Source: Chloroflexota bacterium (GTDB taxonomy: Bacteria; Chloroflexota; Dehalococcoidia; Lucifugimonadales; UBA3495). From it: DNA of 64,000 bases. The notes below the pieces were generated by a model. That model was not told the origin of the DNA and made no database searches. It saw nothing but the letters and a program-made list of their open reading frames with translations. Numbering within the stretch: position 1 is the stretch's first letter; each line of letters begins with the position of its first letter. The stretch covers positions 3,295 to 67,294 of the forward strand of contig JAQBUV010000001.1 in the NCBI GenBank assembly GCA_027623815.1, written 5' to 3'. Positions 56,245-64,000 of the stretch are shown here, piece after piece. The translations under genes and the position numbers were made by a program.

Positions 56245-57480
56245 CTAGACAACTCCTTGGGACTGCATGGTCTCAAATTCCTGATCGGAATAGCCGAGAC
56301 GTGCCACAATCACTGCTCGGTTATGCTCGCCCAGCAGCGGCGCACGGCGGTATACCCACGGCTCAACCTGCGTATGCGGACTGATCGGCGCGCCAGGATA
56401 CTTCAGCTTACCGGCGACAGGATGGTCCAACTCGACGTAATAATCCCTGGCCTCCAGTTGCTCCATTTCCAGCAGGTCTTGCATGGTGGAAACGAAGGCA
56501 AACCCCAGTCCATGTTCCTGGCCTGCCTTGAAGATGTTAACTTTCTCGTTGTCCAGCAACCAGGGCAGCATCAGAGCGTCCACTTCGTCGGCATGGAGCA
56601 GACGGCCTTGGCGTGAGGCGTATTTGGGGTCGGCCAGTTCTGCCCGCTCCATTATATTGGCGACTTCGGGCCAGTTCTGGTCCGGCCCGGCGATAATGCC
56701 GACGTAGCCATCGCCACAGGGATAGATGCCCCAGGCGGCGCGACCATACCCACGGTTGCCCACCCGAGAATACTCCTGTCCGGAGTAGCTGTACTGCATC
56801 AGGGCGTTTTCCAGGACGTTGGTGGCGTATTCGGCAATGGCCAGGTCAATCTGCTGGCCGACGCCGGTATCCTCGGCGTACATCAGGGCGGTCATAGTGG
56901 CGACGAAGGCGTTCTGCCCCGCGCCCAGTTGGGCCAGCGGCGCGCCTTCCTTCAATGGTTCCTGCTCCGGCTCGCCGGTGATGTTCATCAGCCCACCGGT
57001 GGCGTATAGGTTGATCTCCTCCGCTTTCCAATCGCGGTATGGCCCGGTCTGCCCGAAATTGGAAATTGAGGTCATCACCAGGGCTGGGTTCTCCTGCTTC
57101 AACCTCTCATAACTCAGCCCCAATCTATCCATCACGCCGGGAGCGAAGTTCTCGACAAGAATGTCGGCAGACTTGGCCAGATTCAGCAGGATTTCTTTAC
57201 CCTGCGGGGATTTCAAATCCAGGGTAACGCTCTGCTTGGAAGTATTCAAGTAGAGGAACCAGGCTCCGGCTTCCACCCCCCTACCGTCCCCCCGTGTTAA
57301 GGGGGGATTGAGGGGGGTTTGATTAGCAAAGGGGCCGAAGTGTCGCATTCGGTCGCCGTCGATGGGCCGCTCGATCTTGACCACATCGGCACCTAAAGTT
57401 GCCAGCAGCTTGGTGCAGTAGGGGCCGGATAGATAATGGGTGAGGTCAACGACCTTCACGCCTTCCAGTAGACCTGCCAT
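56245..57480 (-). CDS. family III (CaiB/BaiF) CoA-transferase
   Basis: 411 aa with VKVVDLTHYLSGPYCTKLLATLGADVVKIERP. It contains a G/C-hairpin-encoded insert, NQTPLNPPLTRGDGRG. Confidence 0.9.
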   Translation of the reverse strand: MAGLLEGVKVVDLTHYLSGPYCTKLLATLGADVVKIERPIDGDRMRHFGPFANQTPLNPPLTRGDGRGVEAGAWFLYLNTSKQSVTLDLKSPQGKEILLNLAKSADILVENFAPGVMDRLGLSYERLKQENPALVMTSISNFGQTGPYRDWKAEEINLYATGGLMNITGEPEQEPLKEGAPLAQLGAGQNAFVATMTALMYAEDTGVGQQIDLAIAEYATNVLENALMQYSYSGQEYSRVGNRGYGRAAWGIYPCGDGYVGIIAGPDQNWPEVANIMERAELADPKYASRQGRLLHADEVDALMLPWLLDNEKVNIFKAGQEHGLGFAFVSTMQDLLEMEQLEARDYYVELDHPVAGKLKYPGAPISPHTQVEPWVYRRAPLLGEHNRAVIVARLGYSDQEFETMQSQGVV

Positions 57481-57609
57481 CGTTTACCGTTTAGCTAAGA
57501 ATTACGAGATACGTCGCGTCTGAGTTCGTGGCTATTGTGGCATTGACCTGAGGGAATTGCAAGGGTGACCCGGCGGGCCTCCAGGTTCTGTTAATTCTGC
57601 GGCTGGCCC

Positions 57610-59238
57610 TCACAAACCCACAATTTCCCCATCCGGCGCAACGTCCATGTCCAACGCCCTGGGCCTGGTGGGCAAACCGGGCAATGTCTCGATGCGGCCT
57701 GCCAGCGCGTACAAAAATCCCGCTCCAACCGATGCTCGAATGTCCATGATGGGGAAGGTATAACCGGAAGGCCTTCCCTTCAAGCTGGGGTCATGGGATA
57801 TGGAGAGATGGGTCTTGGCCATGCAGATAGGCAGCTTGCCCCAACCCAGAGATTCAAACTGCCTTAACTGCCGACGGGCTTCCGCCGACCAACTCACGTC
57901 TTCGGCGTTGTAGATGCTGTGGGCCAGAGCCAGAACTTTGTCCTCGGCAGAAGCCTCCATGGGGTAGGCATATTTGACACCGTCCGGCGCGGTTGCGGCC
58001 TGCATCACGGCCTCAGCCAGGGCGGTCATGCCCTCACCGCCTTGAGCAAAACCATCGGCTTCCACCGCGGCATTCGCCCCAGAATCCAGCGCAACCTGCT
58101 TCGCTGCCGCCAATTCTTCGGTCGTATCCGTGCCGAACCGGTTCAGGGCCACCACCACCGGCAGACCAAAACTGCGGACGATTTCCACATGATGGGTCAG
58201 GTTCGTACCACCGGCCAATACCGCCGAAACATCGGGTTTGTCCAATCCCCGCCGAGCAACACCGCCGTGCCATTTCAACGCTCGCACCGATGCCACCAGC
58301 ACCACCACGCTGGGCAACAATCCGCTCTGACGGGCTTTGATGTGCATGAATTTCTCAAATCCCAGGTCGGACCCGAATCCGGCCTCGGTGACGACATAGT
58401 CGGCGTAACCCAGGGCCATCCGGTCGGCGATTACCGAATTGCAGCCGTGGGCGATGTTCCCGAAAGGCCCGGCGTGAACGAAGGCGGGCTGTCCTTCCAG
58501 GGTCTGCACCAGATTGGGCATGACCGTATGCCGCAGCAAGGCTAGCAATGACCCGGTTACTCCCAGGCTTTCCACCGTGACCGGTTCGCCGCCCCGGGTG
58601 CGCCCAACTACGATGCGCGACAATCGCTGGCGGTAGTCGGCAAGGTCGGTGGATAGGGCCAGAATCGCCATTATTTCCGAAGCCGACACTATGTCGAAGC
58701 GGCTCTCCCGCAGAGGGCTGTTGTTGCTGCCGCCTACGCCGGTAACGATGTCCCGCAAGGCCCGGTCGGAGGCGTCGGTGACTCGCGACCATTGGATGCC
58801 GGTGGCGTCCATGTCGGACACTTGACCGCGCTGCACCGCGTTGTCCACCAGCGCCGCCAGCAGGTTATGCGCCGAGGCTACCGCGTGGGCGTCGCCGGTG
58901 AAGTGGATGTTGATCTCGTCTTCCGGCACTACCCGGGCCTTGCCACCGCCGGTGCCGCCGCCTTTGATACCGAAGATCGGGCCTAGCGTTGGCTCACGCA
59001 GAGTGGCGACCGCCTGGTGACCCAACTTGCCCAACCCCTGGGTCAGGCCGATGGCGGTGGTAGTCTTACCCTCGCCAGCCGGGGTGGGAGTGATCCCGGT
59101 CACTACCACCAGCTTGCCCTTTGACTGAGACTCGTCTTTCCTTGCGTCCAGAGATACTTTGGCCTTGTAACGGCCATAGGGAATCAAGTGCTCGTCAGAG
59201 ATACCAAGGTCGGCGGCTATTTGACTAATCGGTTTCAT
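57610..59238 (-). CDS. fhs: formate--tetrahydrofolate ligase
   Basis: The ORF is trimmed to the ATG at 59238 (MKPISQIAADLGI). It has the P-loop context TPTPAGEGKTTT, and its length of about 542 aa is typical. Confidence 0.95.
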   Translation of the reverse strand: MKPISQIAADLGISDEHLIPYGRYKAKVSLDARKDESQSKGKLVVVTGITPTPAGEGKTTTAIGLTQGLGKLGHQAVATLREPTLGPIFGIKGGGTGGGKARVVPEDEINIHFTGDAHAVASAHNLLAALVDNAVQRGQVSDMDATGIQWSRVTDASDRALRDIVTGVGGSNNSPLRESRFDIVSASEIMAILALSTDLADYRQRLSRIVVGRTRGGEPVTVESLGVTGSLLALLRHTVMPNLVQTLEGQPAFVHAGPFGNIAHGCNSVIADRMALGYADYVVTEAGFGSDLGFEKFMHIKARQSGLLPSVVVLVASVRALKWHGGVARRGLDKPDVSAVLAGGTNLTHHVEIVRSFGLPVVVALNRFGTDTTEELAAAKQVALDSGANAAVEADGFAQGGEGMTALAEAVMQAATAPDGVKYAYPMEASAEDKVLALAHSIYNAEDVSWSAEARRQLRQFESLGWGKLPICMAKTHLSISHDPSLKGRPSGYTFPIMDIRASVGAGFLYALAGRIETLPGLPTRPRALDMDVAPDGEIVGL

Positions 59239-59308
59239 GTTTGTCCTTTCCCTAACTCTATCTATGTTTGCCAAGAAAGTGCTATGGATTATACCCCGTA
59301 AAACGAGT

Positions 59309-59332
59309 CAGGGCGGGGATTAACCCGCCCTG
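59309..59332 (-). terminator. hairpin between metH and fhs
   Basis: CAGGGCGGG-GATTAA-CCCGCCCTG forms a 9-bp stem. On the minus strand it is followed by ACTCGTTTTA. Confidence 0.45.
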
Positions 59333-59582
59333 TTTCCCAATTTGATTCTCAACTGAGAACTAAGGTCTCGGCCCTCAATGATGATATGCGACGGTCTGCG
59401 TCAGCCAGTCGCCCAGGGCTGAACCTGACGGCATGGGCTGCCGAATTGCCCGACTCACGCCGCTTGAGTACGGTGGCTTGAACGGCTGGAGACCCACTAG
59501 AATTCCGTTTACAACTCGCCTAACTAATGTCTGAATCATGGTTGGCCTTTAACTACTCAATCAGTATCTGCTAGTAACTACG

Positions 59583-62500
59583 CTAGCCGCGGGTTTTCAG
59601 ATCGGCCAGTCTCGCCTCCAAGCGGTCAATGTCCCGCTCGCTCAGGTTAAAGTACTTGGCGTCGGGGTGGTGGAACACCAGCGCCGATACCGACCCTTCT
59701 GGGTCCATCATGTGCCCTTCAGTCAACTCGACACCGATATTCTCGGTCACGTTCAACAGGCGGAATAGCTGCTCCTGGTCTTCCAACCGAGGGCAGGCTG
59801 GGTACCCAAAGGAGTAGCGCTTCCCCCGATACTGAGTGCGGAAGAGGTCTGGATGGCTAATGCTGGCCGGATCACCAAATCCCCACATTTGGCGAATCTG
59901 CTGATGCAGCAACTCGGCAAAAGCCTCGGCCCCTTCCAAGGCCAGGGCTTGCAAGATGTGGGAGTTGAGGAACTTCCCTTCTGCCATCCACTGCTCGGCG
60001 AGGGCGCGGACACCGGGGCCGATGCTGGTGGTGAACATGGCAACGTAGTCCAGTTTGCCCGAGTTCTTGGGCATCGCATAGTCGGCCAGACAGAGGCCCT
60101 CTCGGTCCGACTGACGGCCAAAGTAGAAACGCTCCAAAACTTCTTTGCCATCTGGGCCGTAGACCAGCAAAGACTCTCCTTCGGACTGGCAGGGGAAGAA
60201 TTTGAATACAGCGCTGGCGGTGATATCGTTACGGGCCAGTATCTCATCTTCAACCCGCCGCACCGAGTCCCGCAGTTCGATGGCCGCTGGTTCCTCGGAT
60301 TCCAGCGCGTCGGCGAATCGACCCTTGAATCCCAGATGCCGTACGTAGAGCATCTGCGGGTTAATGTATGGGAAAATCCTTTCCAGATCGTAATTTTTCA
60401 GGACTTGCAGCCGCAGGTCGGGCGGGCTGGGCACCTCAAAGTCGTGCCGCACCTGAGCCGGGGCCACATCCGGGACCGGCTTCTCCTCAGCAGTGGCTTG
60501 CTTGGCCTGGTCATCCTTGACGAACTGCGCGGCTTCCGTCTCGGCGGTTGCGATTAATTGCTGTCGCTCGTCGGCGTCCTGGATATTGTTGGCCAGGGCC
60601 AGGCCGGTCATGGCATCCTTGGAGTAGACCACCAGGCCTTCGTACTCTGGCGCGATACGCAGCCGGGTGAAACGGTTAGACAGGGCCGCGCCGCCGACCA
60701 GAATGGGGGCGTTGACGCCAGCTTGACGGAAGTCGCGGGCCGTTTCCACCATCATTTGCGCGGATTTAACTAGCAACCCAGACAGGCCAATCATGTCTGG
60801 CTGGTGCTCTTTGCACGCCTCAATCAAGTCTTGGGGCGGCACCTTGATGCCCAAATTGATTACTTTATATCCGTTGTTGGACAGGATGATTTCCACCAGG
60901 TTCTTGCCGATATCGTGGACATCGCCTTTGACGGTGGCCAGCACGATTTTTCCTCTGCTGGCGCTGTCCAGTCGGTCCATGTAGGGTTCTAGGTGGGACA
61001 CCGCAAACTTCATTGACTCAGCGGACTGCAGCACTTCAGCAACGATAAGCTCGTTGGCGTTGAACTGACGGCCAACTTCGTCCATGCCTGCCATCAGTGG
61101 GCCGTTGATAATTTCCAGCGGTTTCCGGCCTTGCAGGGCCTCGTCCAGATCGGCGGCCAGTCCCTCTTTGGTGCCTTCAATGATGGCCAAAGCCAATCTT
61201 TCGTCCAGGGGCAGGGTGCTTCGTTCCTCAGTGGTCGCTTTGGGGGCTTTGTCCCGGAAATGGTCCGCAAAGGCCGCCACCGGATCGTCGCCGCGATTCC
61301 AGATCAGGTCTTCCGACAGCCGCCGCTCCTCTTCGGGAATCGAGGTGTACCGCTGCAACAGTTCCGAGTTAACAATAGCCGAGTCCAGACCGGCCTGCAC
61401 GCAGTGGTATAGAAACACCGAATTCAGAACCTCGCGGCCCGCCACGGGCAATCCGAAAGACACATTGGAAATGCCCAGGATAGTCTTGGTATTGGGCAGG
61501 GCTTCTTTGATTAGCCGCACACCCTCAATGGTTTCGGCCCCAGAGCCAACGTAGTTCTGATCGCCGGTGCCCACCGGAAAGACCAGCGGGTCGAAGATAA
61601 TGTCCTCTTCCGGCACGCCGTATTTCTCGGTCAATAATTTGTGGGAGCGTAGGGCGACTTCCAGCTTGCGCTCCTTGGTAACCGCCTGCGCTTGTTCCTT
61701 GTCATCGTCGATGCAGCCGACCACAAGGGCCGCTCCGTAGCGTCTGGCCAACGGCACTACTGCCTGGAATCGTTCCTCGCCATCTTCCAGGTTGATGGAG
61801 TTGATGATGGACTTGCCCTGCAATCGCTTGAGGGACTCTTCGATCACCTTGGCGTCGGTGGAGTCAACCATGATGGGTGTCTTGACCTTCTTGGTGAGAT
61901 GGTCCAGAAACTGAATCACGTCGGACAGTTCATCCCGGTCGGGGTCTTGCAGGCAAACGTCCAGCACGTGCGCGCCGTTGCGCACTTGACGGCGGCCGAC
62001 TTCGGATGCTTCCTCAAAAGCGCCCTGGCCGATCAAACGCCGGAACCGGCGGCTGCCCAGAACGTTTGTGCGCTCGCCGACGATTACCGGGCGGGTGTCC
62101 TGGTCAATAACTAAAGTTTCGATGCCGGAGACTCGGGTCTCGTGAGATTCCACCAGGGTTCTTGGCTTCGCCCCGGACACTGTCTCGGACAACAATCTGA
62201 TATGGTCCGGTACGGTACCGCAGCAGCCGCCAACGATGTTCACCCAACCCGACTCGACGAATCGGCCCACGGTTTTACTCAGCATTTCCGGGGTCTCATT
62301 GTAGTTCCCGTCCTCGTCGGGAAGGCCGGCGTTGGGGACGCAGGCCACCGGGAAGCGGGACAACGCCGCCAAGGTGCGGATGTGGTCGGTCATAAACTCC
62401 GGGCCGGTGGCGCAGTTGAAGCCGATCCACAGCAGGTCGCGGTGGGCCAGCGAGGTGTAAAAAGCCTCCGGGTCTTGTCCCGCCAACAGGGTGCCCATCG

Positions 62501-63104
62501 GCTCGACGGTACCCTGCACCGCCACCGGAATCTCCCGGCCCAACTCGGCAAAGGCCTGGTCAATGCCTTCCAGACCGGCCTTGACGTTGATGGTGTCCTG
62601 GCTGGTCTCCAACAGTAGGAGGTCCGAGCCGCCTTCCATCAGACCGACGGCTTGTTCGCGGTATGAGGTGGCCAGGTCGTCAAAGGTCACGCCGCCGGTT
62701 ACCGAGATGGTCTTGGTGGTTGGCCCCATTGAGCCAGCGACAAATCGGGGTTTGTCCGGCGTACTGGCGGCATCAGCCACCCGGCGGGCAATCTCAGCCG
62801 CCTCCCGGTTAATGCGGCGGGCTTCGTGGGCCAGGTCATACTCTGCCAGCACCACGGAAGTCGCGCCAAAGGTGTCGGTCTCGATGATGTCGGCACCGGC
62901 ATCCAGGTACCCTTGGTGCACATCAGCGATTATTTCCGGGCGGGTAATCACCAGGTACTCGTTGCAGCCCTCGTACTGGGGGCCGCCAAAGTCCTCGGGC
63001 CCCAAATTTCGGGTTTGTATCGCGGTGCCCATGGCGCCATCAAGCACCAGAACCCGCTCCTTCAACAGAGATTTGAGAGCCTCGATGCGGTCGGTTTGAT
63101 TCAT
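59583..63104 (-). CDS. metH: cobalamin-dependent methionine synthase
   Basis: 1173 aa. It has the homocysteine-binding N-terminus, the pterin-binding domain, the B12 motif DVHDIGKN and a C-terminal AdoMet activation domain. Confidence 0.95.
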   Translation of the reverse strand: MNQTDRIEALKSLLKERVLVLDGAMGTAIQTRNLGPEDFGGPQYEGCNEYLVITRPEIIADVHQGYLDAGADIIETDTFGATSVVLAEYDLAHEARRINREAAEIARRVADAASTPDKPRFVAGSMGPTTKTISVTGGVTFDDLATSYREQAVGLMEGGSDLLLLETSQDTINVKAGLEGIDQAFAELGREIPVAVQGTVEPMGTLLAGQDPEAFYTSLAHRDLLWIGFNCATGPEFMTDHIRTLAALSRFPVACVPNAGLPDEDGNYNETPEMLSKTVGRFVESGWVNIVGGCCGTVPDHIRLLSETVSGAKPRTLVESHETRVSGIETLVIDQDTRPVIVGERTNVLGSRRFRRLIGQGAFEEASEVGRRQVRNGAHVLDVCLQDPDRDELSDVIQFLDHLTKKVKTPIMVDSTDAKVIEESLKRLQGKSIINSINLEDGEERFQAVVPLARRYGAALVVGCIDDDKEQAQAVTKERKLEVALRSHKLLTEKYGVPEEDIIFDPLVFPVGTGDQNYVGSGAETIEGVRLIKEALPNTKTILGISNVSFGLPVAGREVLNSVFLYHCVQAGLDSAIVNSELLQRYTSIPEEERRLSEDLIWNRGDDPVAAFADHFRDKAPKATTEERSTLPLDERLALAIIEGTKEGLAADLDEALQGRKPLEIINGPLMAGMDEVGRQFNANELIVAEVLQSAESMKFAVSHLEPYMDRLDSASRGKIVLATVKGDVHDIGKNLVEIILSNNGYKVINLGIKVPPQDLIEACKEHQPDMIGLSGLLVKSAQMMVETARDFRQAGVNAPILVGGAALSNRFTRLRIAPEYEGLVVYSKDAMTGLALANNIQDADERQQLIATAETEAAQFVKDDQAKQATAEEKPVPDVAPAQVRHDFEVPSPPDLRLQVLKNYDLERIFPYINPQMLYVRHLGFKGRFADALESEEPAAIELRDSVRRVEDEILARNDITASAVFKFFPCQSEGESLLVYGPDGKEVLERFYFGRQSDREGLCLADYAMPKNSGKLDYVAMFTTSIGPGVRALAEQWMAEGKFLNSHILQALALEGAEAFAELLHQQIRQMWGFGDPASISHPDLFRTQYRGKRYSFGYPACPRLEDQEQLFRLLNVTENIGVELTEGHMMDPEGSVSALVFHHPDAKYFNLSERDIDRLEARLADLKTRG

Positions 63105-63218
63105 AAACGGGTCATTCCTTTGCTATAGGTGCCATTCATTTTAACACCTTCTTAGTTGAGGCGAAGTGAAGGGGCACCTCTTCCTCTTGGCATCTGAATC
63201 TGCGCTCAATATTAAATG

Positions 63219-64000
63219 TTACTTGCTAAACCACTGCCCCAACTCGGAGCGGTTTTTCTCCACCCAGGTGGCGTTCAACCGGATACGCTCCAGGGCCTGC
63301 CGGATAGTTCGCTCGGCGGCGGGGGCGGGATGCTCTTGGAAGAAGGTCTCCACTTCGGTTAATTTATCCATTTCGGCGAAATTGTTGGTGATGGACACTA
63401 ACCGCATTATGCCGAAGCCGCCACCACCGTAGCGGCGGTCCAACTCACCCCAGTTGTTCTTGACGAAGTTCCAGGCCGGTTCCCTGCCACGAATGTTACC
63501 AGCTACCGCCGAGATCACGGTGATCGTGTCTTGAGACCGCACATCAGGGGTCAAAGCGCGTTCCAGAGTCTCCTGCAGCAACTCGGGCTGACTGAACCGG
63601 GCCAAACTGATCAGCAAGCGGATTTTTTCTTCCTGTAGACCGGCCCGCCGCTCCAAGTCCCACAGCTGCTGGTAGGTGGACTCATCGCCCGCCTGCGCCG
63701 CCAGACTGTAGACCACTCCGCGCAGGTCTGGACGTACCGAGGCCGGTTCCTGAAGGTAACTGGCAAATTGCTCACTGGCTTGCCGCAACACCTCGGCATC
63801 CTGATAATTACCCGCCTGGCTCAATACCGTGCTGCGAAGCAGGGCATCCAGGTGTCCCTCGCCGGTGCGGGCTTCCCAGCCAATGCGGCGCGCCGCCGGT
63901 TGGAATAGGTTGCGCGCAAAGGTCTGGAATTCTCCGTGATAGGGTTCCTGGGCAATGAGCGTCTCAATTTCGCGGAGATTGCTGGCCAGATCGCTCCACA
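63219..64000 (-). CDS. M1-family aminopeptidase, C-terminal (ERAP1-like) domain; 5' part beyond the window end
   Basis: Track ORF 63219-63824 begins at an internal TTG. Hand translation of 63825-64000 in the same frame stays open (..WSDLASNLREIETLIAQEPYHGEFQTFARNLFQPAARRIGWEARTGEGHLDALLRSTVL). It has the helical repeat character of M1 peptidase C-domains. Confidence 0.65.
   Translation of the reverse strand, partial: WSDLASNLREIETLIAQEPYHGEFQTFARNLFQPAARRIGWEARTGEGHLDALLRSTVLSQAGNYQDAEVLRQASEQFASYLQEPASVRPDLRGVVYSLAAQAGDESTYQQLWDLERRAGLQEEKIRLLISLARFSQPELLQETLERALTPDVRSQDTITVISAVAGNIRGREPAWNFVKNNWGELDRRYGGGGFGIMRLVSITNNFAEMDKLTEVETFFQEHPAPAAERTIRQALERIRLNATWVEKNRSELGQWFSK

Noticed and set aside
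59333-59582. A ZTP (pfl) riboswitch upstream of fhs, suggested by GCCCUGGGCG on the minus strand resembling the CCGCCUGGGC 3' element.
   Set aside because: The conserved 5' subdomain (GACUGGCG and ACCGGGGAGC-type blocks) is not present, and the match to the 3' element has several mismatches. THF and SRP-like motifs also did not fit.

Overview
Gene-dense, moderately GC-rich bacterial chromosomal segment with about 58 protein genes and no rRNA, tRNA, CRISPR array, prophage or recognisable defence system. Most of it encodes paralogous catabolic enzymes. These include 3 amidohydrolase_2 proteins plus a D-aminoacylase, 3 family III (CaiB/BaiF) CoA-transferases, 4 carboxymuconolactone-decarboxylase/AhpD-like proteins and 2 luciferase-like flavin oxidoreductases. 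There are also 2 isocitrate-lyase/PEP-mutase-superfamily proteins and 8 beta-propeller proteins (3 SMP-30 lactonases, one 7-bladed lactonase, 2 PAL-like and 2 NHL), plus PrpD/MmgE, crotonase, an ACAD-fold protein, an SDR and a VOC protein. A few housekeeping genes are present: metH, fhs, ilvB, msrA, msrB, an ABC-F ATPase and a TrmH-type methyltransferase. This paralog profile and the presence of a T-box suggest a Chloroflexota genome of the SAR202 type, which is inference only. I did not find a clear novel multi-gene system. The items most worth a second look are listed here. (1) A complete T-box riboswitch in front of a solitary ilvB, whose specifier position appears to read AUC (Ile). (2) A 470-aa CoA-transferase whose domain order looks permuted, in a window that also holds two abutting CaiB genes. 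(3) A 133-bp MITE with perfect 18-bp terminal inverted repeats and a 9-bp target-site duplication, upstream of a solute-binding-protein gene that carries an in-frame TAA. (4) Three further families of palindromic intergenic repeats, one of which seems to have contributed an in-frame hairpin insertion to a CaiB gene. (5) A perfect 42-bp in-frame tandem duplication in a lactonase gene. (6) An edge-truncated NHL gene, absent from the ORF track, built from 12 repeats of exactly 141 bp. All calls come from reading the sequence and recognising motifs by eye; no searches were run.
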